Below are positions 53,922 through 64,000 of a stretch of 64,000 nt of DNA, in pieces. Within the stretch, counting starts at the first letter, position 1. Every line of letters starts with the position of its first letter. A program made the translations under genes and the position numbers. The notes under the pieces were generated by a model that saw only the letters and a list, made by a program, of their open reading frames with translations, had not been told where the DNA came from and made no database searches. This DNA is from Psilocybe cubensis (Eukaryota), in NCBI GenBank assembly GCA_017499595.2, contig CM038999.1, positions 1,860,001 through 1,924,000 of the forward strand, given 5' to 3'.

Positions 53922-54443
53922 CTGGAAAGGTGTCAAATGAATATAGCGAGGCAAAGTTCAGATGGAGGTCAATTGGCACTGAGGGGCCGAGAGGCAGTGA
54001 GCTTATAATGACCAAAGATACAGGCACAGAGAGTCAAGGGAAAAGAACGACCATACATTGCACACCCTGGCGTGAGCTGGGTCCACGAACAATGCGATGT
54101 AAACGCATATGATGAGAACCATAACTCCATAGCCACTGCATAAATCGATGAGCCGCCCACATGTGACTGTAGCCGGATAGCATGAGGTCCTGCAAGAACA
54201 GGATGGCCAGGTCTGGCGGACAAAGATACTTAAACTCAGGTGAGAAGGCGGGAGCCGGTTCATCTAAATCAATTGATTTCAATGTGTACGGCCATACCCT
54301 GAAAGGCTACTCTAGAGTGAATCATTCGCCTAAACACTTTACGCACGCCGTATTTTCCCATACTCAGCGCTGTGACTATGAAGCGTCGTCAGAAACCGAA
54401 AAGATAAAAATACAGCACCGAAACGGATAAATTATTCCAACAA

Positions 54444-55875
54444 CTAGGTATAGTTTCCAGCAAAACCCTCTGCAAATGTTTGCTGCCACTTTTGCAACTT
54501 TTCCCAAGGCGGAAGCCCAAAGCAGCGGGGAAGGCGTTCCCAACTCTCCTCCAAACATAAATTCGCTTGCTCCAGGACATATTCCAGGCAGATGTAACAG
54601 AGATGCTCTCCGATAATTTCTTTTGCCTTGTCGTGGAACCCTTCCAAACAGTTGGTGCCTTGGGTATACCCATTTGCGTTGCTCAACTCTAGCATACGCA
54701 CAAGAAATGGGAAGCAGGGAATATTGCCTCTCATGTTCTGATTAGCGCATTTCAAAGTGGCTTTGCGTGGACCGAGTTTCTTATCACCTTCGACGAGATC
54801 GTATAGCCACTTGAAAAGGACTTTGTTACGGATGGATTTAAGAGTTTTCTGGGCCTTGAGGATGACGTCGATGTAATTTGCACCGAGCTTGAGAAGCTTG
54901 CCGTCGATTGTATGAACGCCATTCACTATATCTTCGTGTGGCAAAAGGGCAACGTGGTAGTACGCCATAGGCAGCATGGCCGGTACGCAACATTCCTCGA
55001 GAACAGGCAACGCTTGGAGGGGGAATGTTCGGTAAAATAGCCTTTCTTCATCATTGCTTCGACAGCCTGCAATAGTTGGTTTGAAAGGGACTGGTTTGCC
55101 TTTGCTTGGGAATAGAGTTTCGAGGCCCTCGAGTGCAGCTTCTCGACCTGATTGATGATCAAGCTTGACGCTGGCTACCAGGACTTCAAGGGCAGCCTCA
55201 AAATACAATAACGGTTTCCCACTAGGAAGGGTCCGGAGAATAATACTATGGACATTTGTTAGTAGGATGGACTTCATACCGAACCTCCCAAACTTACATG
55301 GTGCCATATATAAACGATAAGAAAAAACGAAATTGACGGACAGTGATGCCGAGGGTGTCAAGGTGGAGAACTGGGCGATCCCGGATCGTCTCTTCATGGA
55401 AAAGAAGATTGGTATCTAGCACATCGGCCAGATAACCGCCAGAAGTGATGAGCTTCTTCTTGTGTACGCAAAATATTGTGTTATCGATGACGAAGTAAAC
55501 ATCACCACCTTTAAGGTAGAACCGGTAATCTTTATCATAGCTGTGGTGTTTCTTCCCTCGAGAAAGGGATGAGCAATCAGCCCTTCGCTTGATGTGATAC
55601 GACCGAGTCTTGTGGATCTTCTTGAAGGGAGGTCTATCATGACCCCCTTGAGTGCTTTCATCGTCTCCGTCGTCGAAAGCCTCTCTCTTTCGTTTCTCGG
55701 CCTTGGGGAGGGTATGGACATCTGGGTCTATACCATGCAACAAGTGGTTGTATCTCCGTCGGTCCCCTTCAAATTGGCGAGTTCTATAGGGTGGTTCAAC
55801 CCATTTGGGATGTTTCTTTGGGCCAATAAAGTGAAGTCCCGGTGCAAGTGGTTGCTCGATTTTACGAGAGGTCAT
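54444..55875 (-). CDS. BTB/POZ-domain protein
   Basis: FYLKGGDVYFVIDNTIFCVHKKKL...LHLDTLGITVRQFRFFLSFIY, followed by an LETLFP...MLPMAYY helical region. Confidence 0.7.
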
Positions 55876-56237
55876 GATCACTGATGGTGAAGTGTGTAAT
55901 TAGACTGGAAGGAGATGCGTAGCAGAAGAGGTGAAAAGAGAAAGTAAGTGGTTGGAGAAAGTAAGAGGATGGTTCTTGAGTGTGTTGAGATCATTTTGTC
56001 GGCGCTTTATTGTCCTTTTCATTGTCTTCTTGAATTGCGAATGGGCCACCATGTAAATGGAGTGGCACAACGCACAAAGGAACGAGCAATAATTCAAGGT
56101 GTAGGAGCACGTGCCTATCTTTGATTGATTAAAGATTCTCAACATCACGCGACTCATTTACCTACATCAGCTCTGGTGGCAACAACTTGCGACGGACCAA
56201 CTTAAATCTTAACACGAATTCTGAAATTTCTAATGTC

Positions 56238-56586
56238 ATGGTCGACATAATCCCCTCCAAAACAGAGCACACTGAAGCTACAAACAGTGCTAGCTCCTCT
56301 CTAAAATCGAGCGAATGCTTGTCTTGTAGAATAACGGGCACTGCTGTGCTCGCTGGCACTGGCTCATACGCGGTTTGGCAATCTCGTGCTACTGCCCCAG
56401 GCTCACCGGCACAAAAGAAAATAGTGGCAGGGTTAGGGCTAGGTAAGTTGGGCTATGACCAAACCTAACTCTGCTATTGATCACTGGTGCCTACTTCAGC
56501 GCTTGTTATAGCGGGTGTTTTTCGATGGAGATCATGGAAATGTCAGTATCTGCTCTTCTGCAAAATCTTGGGTGCTAAACACAGGA
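56238..56586 (+). CDS. Small DMAC1/DUF4536-like mitochondrial membrane protein
   Basis: ECLSCRITGTAVLAGTGSY CxxC motif plus two TM segments ending GVFRW. The stop is probably split by an intron. Confidence 0.6.
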
Positions 56587-56652
56587 TAATAGGATGCCAT
56601 AATTTTTTCAGTGATGGCTTAACGAGACGTATATTTACTACACAAGTTCTTC

Positions 56653-57846
56653 TCATGAATGAGTGAAGTTTGCCTTTCTTTTTTCTGCGAATGCAGCCAT
56701 GCCTGTTGGCGTGTCAGAAAACCTCTGTGGAGTGGACGCAACAATAACTCACCCTCTTTCTGATCATTGGTAGCGAAGAGGCCATGGAAAATTCTCCTCT
56801 CGAAGCGCAAACCTTCTGCAAGAGTCATTTCGTAGGCTGGCAAAGAAAGATGATGATGAGTAACGGACGATCTCGAATGTATAATCCTCTTACCGGCGTT
56901 GACGACTTCTTTCCCAGCCTGAACAGCTATTTGACTCTTGCTGGCGATCTCTTTGGCCATAGTGATGGCTTCTTTCACTACTTCGCCTTCGCCCTCTCCG
57001 ACCACTCTGCTGACCATTCCCCATTGAGATGCTTCCTGAGCAGAGAACATGCGCCCAGTCAAAACCAATTCCATTGTACGGGATTTTCCAATGGCATGAA
57101 TAAGGCGTTGAGAACCTCCACCACCGGGAATCACGCCAAGGTTTATTTCCGGTTGCCCGAACTTGGCTGTTGGAGAGGCAAGGATTATATCGCACATAAG
57201 TGCGAGTTCGCACCCGCCACCAAGCTGAGAGGATGTGGTCAAGCCATGTTCATTGCAGAAATATCAATATGAATTCCTACAGCATAACCACTGACGGCCG
57301 CAATGAGTGGTTTTCGGAGTTGGTTGATCTTACCCCAATCCTCCAGGAACTTATTCTTGTAGACATCAGCATCTGCATACGAAAGTAGTACTTCTTCAGC
57401 CTAAAGAATATCTAGTCCGAGTAGAAACATACATTGCTTGTCCTTCATCTCTTTGATATCAGCCCCAGCTACGTCGATGCGACTGACGTTGAGTCCACAT
57501 GGCTTGAACGGAACTTGCAGTGCTCACCGGCAAATGCTTTTTCTGAACCGGTCAGAACCATTGCACTGACAGAGTCATCTTTGTCTGCTTCCTCCAAAGC
57601 TTGATTGAGTTCGGCGAACAATGGGCTGCTCAGAGCGTTCAGAGATTTTGGCCTGTTGAGCGTCACAAGGACTACTGCAGGCTCCGGGCGTGAGACGAGG
57701 ATATATTCATAGGAGCGTTGAGAAGACATGAACCGGATCGCGTTGGGGTGCAAATGTTGGGGAATAAAGTGACGCGAGCTCGAAGATAGTGATGCGCAAA
57801 GACGAGGTGTCTTATTGAAAGCAGAACGATGGAAATATTGTGCCAT
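56653..57846 (-). CDS. Mitochondrial enoyl-CoA hydratase (crotonase family)
   Basis: [58 protein letters not shown] and [13 protein letters not shown] motifs. Confidence 0.92.
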
Positions 57847-58101
57847 TCTTGACCGAATATGATATTTCGTGCTGAGCTGAGCAAGTGACCCTCGGACGAA
57901 GTGTGTCTCCCCCATGCTAATACGCGGGCCGGCTCCGGCATTCATTATCACAAGAGTTTTATCATCTCAGCCAGCTCACTCAGGAAGTCTTTTCGCAGTC
58001 CACAATCACGCGTGGCTGCGGATTCAGCGAATACGTATCATAGCCTTACAAAATATCTGTCTTTAGCTCGAAAATTTCGCAGTTTGCCTTACAACCAGCG
58101 T

Positions 58102-58544
58102 TTAGGGTAGGGGGACAGCGGGGGTTATGGGCAACACTACAAGCTTCTCCTTATCCCACTTGAGAAAAAATCAGACACGTACACCGATATACAGGTGGAA
58201 GAAGCCCTTCTTACCACGTTGGCGGTCCAGAAGACATCAGACTCCAGCATTGCTTTCGCCTCGCTAAGAGAATCGTACATCACAATCATTGAAGACGCAA
58301 GTGCGTGCAATGCGAGGTTTCCATCCGTCTCGGGGTCAGTCAGAACCCCGCCCACCCCTGACAATATTACCACATATTTCTCAGATTTAGCAAAAAGGCT
58401 GAATCTGTGTATGCACTCACTGAGAATACCGGAGTTAATCAGTCGAGTCATGTGTTCCAAGTGTACTGGCCTGACTTCGCTGCGTCTTTGCAGCAATCCT
58501 TCATCGCGATAATACGGTGCATAAATGAAGAATGGTTTGGACAT
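58102..58544 (-). CDS. YciI-domain protein (paralogue 1)
   Basis: FFIYAP...RRSEVRPVHL...GG...ESDVFWTANVWDKEKL. Confidence 0.75.
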
Positions 58545-58729
58545 AGTTCAATCTCTCAAGATATTGGGATGGATTGCGCCAAAAGACGAATTCAATGCAC
58601 GCTTCTTGGTGGCGAAGCGCAGGAAAGACAGGAAGCACTCGACAATTTGAACTATCTATAAGGCCGAAGTTAATCTGCTGACCGATACCATTCAAAGCTC
58701 GCTAGCAATATGATGATCATTCTCCCAGA

Positions 58730-59280
58730 TTATGGAAGAGGGAATGCACTGAAAAATGGCAAGATGACGATCTTTTCGGGATCCCACTATGCAACATATT
58801 CGTTATCTTGAAGATGACAGAAGAATAAGCCGCTTACAACACCAGATGTGTAGTAAATATCATTTTCGATGTATTTCTTCACTCTGTAGTGAACAGGGTA
58901 AGTAGAAATATGAGAATGGGCAACGAGTGAAACCAACTGGTCAATCGACTCTGCTTCAAAAAGGAAAGTAGATCCGACCATGTTCTTTGGCGCATCTGGA
59001 TTGGTGATGGCATCTGGGGTTGTGACAGCACCGCCAATGCCTATAAAATCTGACTGAGAAATCTTCGGGAAAATGTACGCCCCCATTACATACGGATGAA
59101 GCCACTCTCATGGCTGACTTTTGCACCGACGAGATGTTTTTCCCGGACGGACAATCTTCGCTCGAGGGTGCCCGGTTCTGTCTTGTCTGGAGCGTAGACA
59201 AAGAAACGGTGTGTGGCAGAAGACGAGGTAGACATTGATCGAGCGACCAGACGAGATAATGGATGTCGAAGTCGAAGCAT
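58730..59280 (-). CDS. YciI-domain protein (paralogue 2, with a mitochondrial-type presequence)
   Basis: MLRLRHPLSRLVARSMS presequence, then FFVYAPDK...RRLSVREKHL...MVGS...ENDIYYTSGVWDPEKI. Confidence 0.8.
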
Positions 59281-59427
59281 GAACGAGAAACGGAACGAAT
59301 CTGGAAGAAAGAGGAGAGGGACCGGGCCGGCGGGGATAGCCCCTAACGGGTGTGGCACGGAGTTGCAGCGGGTCCTGGCTTCCAACTAGCTTGTATCATT
59401 CGCCACTCACCATCAGTGCTTCCCAAG

Positions 59428-60426
59428 ATGCAGCTAGAGTCGGACAACGACGACTGCGTTTGGGCAGGCTCTCTTGCTTTCCTTAATTTCCATCCAGATT
59501 TCTCTTCCCCTGAAGCTAATGTCGTGCTGGCAGCAAAGAATGCCAATGTGTATTTCCGCGTCCATGCCCATACTCTCAAGACCGTGTCAGGCTTTTTCCG
59601 GACCATGTATAGTTTGCCGCAGTAAGCAGTTAGGCTTCAATCAGTTTAACAGTCTCAGGTCCCCTTCATTGGGTTTAGGTCAAAGGTCACCTTCGCAGAT
59701 ATAATGTACCTAGACGAAGATGCACAGATTCTCGAACGGTTGTTTAGCATGGCCTGTGGTCTACCGTTCAAAGAGATAGAGTCGTACGATATGCTGGAAT
59801 CCTTGTTGTTTGCTGCCGAGAAATATGACATGCCTGGGCCCATGTCCCTTCTGCGAATGTTCCTCCTCACACCTGCACTGGACAGCGACCCCATTCGCCT
59901 GTATTCCTCGGCCACTCGATATGGCTGGAAGAACGAAGGCTGTATTTTATCGCATAGAACACTGTCACTGAATATCCACGACAAGAGACACCAAAGCTCC
60001 TTGCGTAAATTGTCCACCGATGCCCTCCTTGACCTAATCACACTGCACAGGGATCGACGCGATGGGTGAGTGCAAAACACTCCATCAAAAGACGGATCCA
60101 GTTGACCGCTATGGAACTGTAGATTGAAGGAATGTCTGGATAGCCCTCCCTTCGTGTCAGGGGAACCCTCTAGGTGCATCCAATGCGAAACACCCATCAA
60201 CTACACAACTTGGAGAGAATTGAAGCACCGGATTGTTGCGGAGATGGACCTACGTCCTCTTGGGGACACAATACTGGATACAGGGTTGTGCACATGGCCT
60301 GAGGCATCTGCTTGCTGGCGAGCAGCATGTTCAAACGAAGGGTGTAAACGACTGTTGTATGATAGATCGGAGACTATACGGGTTATTCGAGAGTGCATCG
60401 ACAAGCAGCCCAAAACCATTGATTAA
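59428..60426 (+). CDS. BTB/POZ-domain protein
   Basis: FHPDFSSPEANVVL...FRVHAHTLKTVSGFFRTMYSLPQ, LDEDAQILERLF and AAEKYDMPG. Confidence 0.8.
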
Positions 60427-60570
60427 CTAGATTACATAATAATCCAATTTATGTTTTAATATAGCTGATGGTGTTTGGGCTAAATAAGGCAAATTAGTGG
60501 CATCGCTGTGTGCCGTTGGCGGGACTCGGAGGAGGTCCATTCTGAACTCAACAACCACCACCACTTACCA

Positions 60571-61669
60571 ATGCCTGCCACTAGGACCTCAAGCATCCCT
60601 CCACGCTCCAGACATGCCCCTGTTCCGAGTACCCCAAAGAGCGTCCGCGAAGCCCCTTTCGACTCGGAAGTCATTTCACTAGCCTCATCCTCCGATGCAG
60701 AGAACTCCATAGTTCAACCTACACTACGAAGGCAAGGCAAACCCCGTCCAATAGCACGCCCAAAGAAGAACACTGCTCCTGTTCCCGCCGAAGAGATTAT
60801 TGAAATCTCAGATGACGATTCGCCTGCGGAGGTCTCGACACAAGCCTCCGTCATTGCGGATTTCAAAAGACAGATAAACAGGCTCAGAGAGGTCGGTGCC
60901 CATCCACGGATGTTTACAACTTCTCTTACAGACATTTTCAGGAAAGCATGAAGCACAAACGAGAATGTGAACGTGCTTCAAGAGAGCTCCGAGAGGTCAA
61001 AGACGAAAATCGTCAGTTGCATGCCTTGTATAAGCCGGACAAAGGAAAAATAACTCTGGTACGTAAACTCAAAACCTTCTTATTATAGTAAAAGTTTTAA
61101 CCTTTGTGCTCCTAACTCAGGATTCCAATCAGGTCATGGATCAGTTGGACTGTGAAATATGTAGTTTGAGATTGTGGACTCCCTATATGTACGATACGCC
61201 ACATTCCATGGACCAGTTCCGACCATCTAACCTATCCCCTCTTAGCCTACCCGATTGTGGGCATGCTTTCTGCGAGTCATGCCTACAAAGCTGGTTTAGC
61301 AGAGCCAAAACCGAGTTCATGGTTGCTCATCCGCACAATCCTCCAGATCAACTTAACAACAGCGCCCTTGTGTCACAAATAATACAATCTCTCTCGCTCA
61401 GTCCCCAACTTGTTAACGATCGACATGTTATGAACATGCTTTGGCAATGTATACCTCCTTGTCCCACCTATACATGCCCGACTTGCAGAGAACCAGTTCG
61501 TTCCCGTCCCACCGAAGTTTTCACACTGAAATCTCTCGTGAGAACAATATCCGCCGCGATTGGAGAGTCGAGCCCTCAGAGGAAGGGATTGACCAACCGG
61601 AAAGGAAAGGCCCCTGCAGATGCTGGGGGTGACCCATGGAGCCAATTTTTTGCTCCTAAAAGACTATAA
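60571..61669 (+). CDS. C3HC4 RING-finger protein (putative E3 ligase) with a coiled coil
   Basis: CEIC...CGHAFCESC...(insert)...CPTCREPV. Confidence 0.75.
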
Positions 61670-61942
61670 CAACGACATTTTCCCTGCCCGCCTCTTTATA
61701 TTTATACATTTTCTTGATTGTACTTCATTACTTCATTATCTGTAAGTCACCCATTACATTTAGTGTGTAAGGCTAATTCAGACGATGCACAGGTATCTGC
61801 ACACTGTTGTATCTTAATTTTCTGTTTTCATTAGTTAGTCATGCTACGGATACAGTAGTACGGGTCATGGGAACAATGTGGTAATTAGTATGAATTCTAC
61901 ACTACTTGCTGGATTTTACAATGATGAACCAATGACAGACAT

Positions 61943-64000
61943 TCATTTCTTTCTTGGTTTAGTTTTACCAGCTACGGGGCCTTTTCCCGCCTTCTGCTTC
62001 TTCGCGTTTGCTGAACGAGACAACCCTGGGCCTTCAATAATCTCAACTTCATCGTCACTAATGGCGGCCACAGATGCCTTGCGCTTGTGGGTGTCATTCG
62101 CCTTAAATGTTGAAGTTCCGGTGTTCGAGAAGTTATCGACATCGATGATTTCATGTACTGTGGCCGAATTTGAGTTCCTACTGCGCGATGTGGGGCTCTG
62201 GTGCAACGATGATGAGGTGGCTTGCGTCGAAGATCGGGATATAACGGAAGGCGTCGGTGAAGTTCTTGAGGCCTGAAGGGTCTGAGGATCGATTGAAAAA
62301 ACGGGCTCAGAATCGAAGTCGGCCTTCAAACGAGCCACTGGATCCCGAGAGTGCTCCGATTCCAAACGCGTTTCTCGCCAATCCCGGATGAAGATATTCT
62401 GCGTCATACCGTCTTCGAAGGATCTTGCACAATTTTCCTGCGAGGCTCTCTCGTCACTGGGAGCCACGTGCGTCATGCCTTCGCCAGTAAACCTTGCTCC
62501 AAAATGCTCCAAAGAAACGGATCCAGAATTTTTGATCAAGTACTTGACTTTCAAGCGCCGTTTCTCTTCTCTTTCCCTCTCTTCTTCCTTTGGATCTGTG
62601 ATGATAGGTTCGCCCAAATTTTCGATCCATTCCCATGGTTTATTCACCACAGGAATTCCGTATACAACGTTACCTTGCGCATCACGTTGTGCATGGACGA
62701 GATGCATCACCAATGAATGAGGCTGATTATGTGCGAGTAGTGTTGTAAACTGAATCCGGTGTTCTGGGGGCATATCAGTAGGTAGATTGTCGATAGAAGT
62801 GTTTGGATAGTGTTTGAACGGGTCAAACGCAATTGATTTGGAATCACATTGCAATTCTGCACATAGTCTTTATTAGTACTAATAGACAATGAAAGTTTGG
62901 GTATCGTACCATCTAGAAGAACGAGAAGGGTATCGATTAGTATAGGATATATGTTGTCATCGAAGTCATCTCCGACGGAGTAATGCTGCCAACTCATTAA
63001 TCGTGCAACTTTATTCTAGAAACACTAAGCTTACCAAAGCAAGACGAAAAAACAAGTCAGAAAGCGTGATATAATTTTCTTTCACCTTCGGCGTCCATGT
63101 ATTCTTATAACTAAGAACAAATTGCAGAAGCCGAATGAGAAGGAGGAGATTTTCCTTTGCTTGAGACTTGACATGGCCATTGAAGAGCTCTTTCTCCAGA
63201 CTTTTGAAACTGATCTCGAGAGCTGCAATAAATGCTTCGTGAATTGGCGGATCAACTGATGGCAAGGTCGGGCCATCTCGAAAAGGCTGAGAGACGTGAA
63301 TAAGGATGCCCAGTAAATCCCCTGCACGTCTCAAACTATCTTGTCCGGGCAAGGTTCGGTCGGATTGCGAGTGGACCAACAGTTCAACAATACACTGAAA
63401 CCCGTTATTGATGAATTTAGCAGCAACAGTGCTATCGGCACCACGAGCCATTTCGCCAACATAGTACGCTTCTTCCGCAGTTTTTGTGTGATGAAATAGC
63501 ATAGAAGCAATCTTATTCAAATTGGAAATCGCGAACTCGGATGTAGATTCGTGATTAAGTGCCCTGCCCAGTTGTTTGACCTGCAATTGCATCTGAATTG
63601 TAGTTGCCGCTATTTTCCATGGGGTCAAAAGGTTACCCAGTTCGGGCCAGTCATAGATATTTGTCTCTAACGTACAATAATGAGTTTGAGGGTGTAAAAA
63701 TGTGAAATGTAACGTACCATCAGTTGAGTCGCAAAGTATCATATTTAACCCAGCTATTGCGCTCTTCCTCAGATGCTCTGAATCAGGATCTTCATCCAAC
63801 AAAAAAGGCGAGTTTTCAAAAGCGTCTCTAATGATTTCTAAATTCCGATATGCCCCTCTTCGAAAACCAGACTCTTGGCATAAGCGACATCGAAGGGTAG
63901 TTGTCTCTTGTCTGAGAGTCTCGGGAATATCAGGGTTATTTTCCAGAGAAATCAACGTCGGAATGCTAGCAACCAAAAGCGAAAAATGTGGTTCGTCATA
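61943..64000 (-). CDS. 3' part of a large gene, probably Mediator subunit Med12/Srb8 (starts beyond the window)
   Basis: Long helical exons and a C-terminal PWEWIENL...NSGSVSLEHFGAR motif resembling fungal Srb8/Med12 tails. The assignment rests on recall only. Confidence 0.5.

Overview
Intron-rich, gene-dense fungal DNA. The short GT-AG introns and the gene families point to an agaricomycete (mushroom-forming basidiomycete); the species cannot be determined from the sequence. I can support about 33 spliced protein-coding genes, mostly housekeeping. The main finding is a divergent two-gene cassette at 33.1-35.9 kb that the ORF track largely misses. It pairs a UstYa/DUF3328-type oxidase (two HxxHC motifs, minus strand) with a 195-aa secreted Kex2-type repeat precursor (plus strand). 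The precursor's seven repeats (consensus ADNAVAPQAWSGYxE-[KR]R) are each encoded by their own phase-0 exon. This is a candidate dikaritin-like fungal RiPP system with a W-S-G-Y core. Other notable items are a probable fungal PAXX (NHEJ) homologue, a TIR element ending 6 bp upstream of it, two G-alpha paralogues lacking the catalytic Gln, a bacterial ManC-type GDP-mannose pyrophosphorylase and a stand-alone RapZ C-terminal-domain protein. All gene models were spliced by eye, and family calls come from motif recognition, not database searches.
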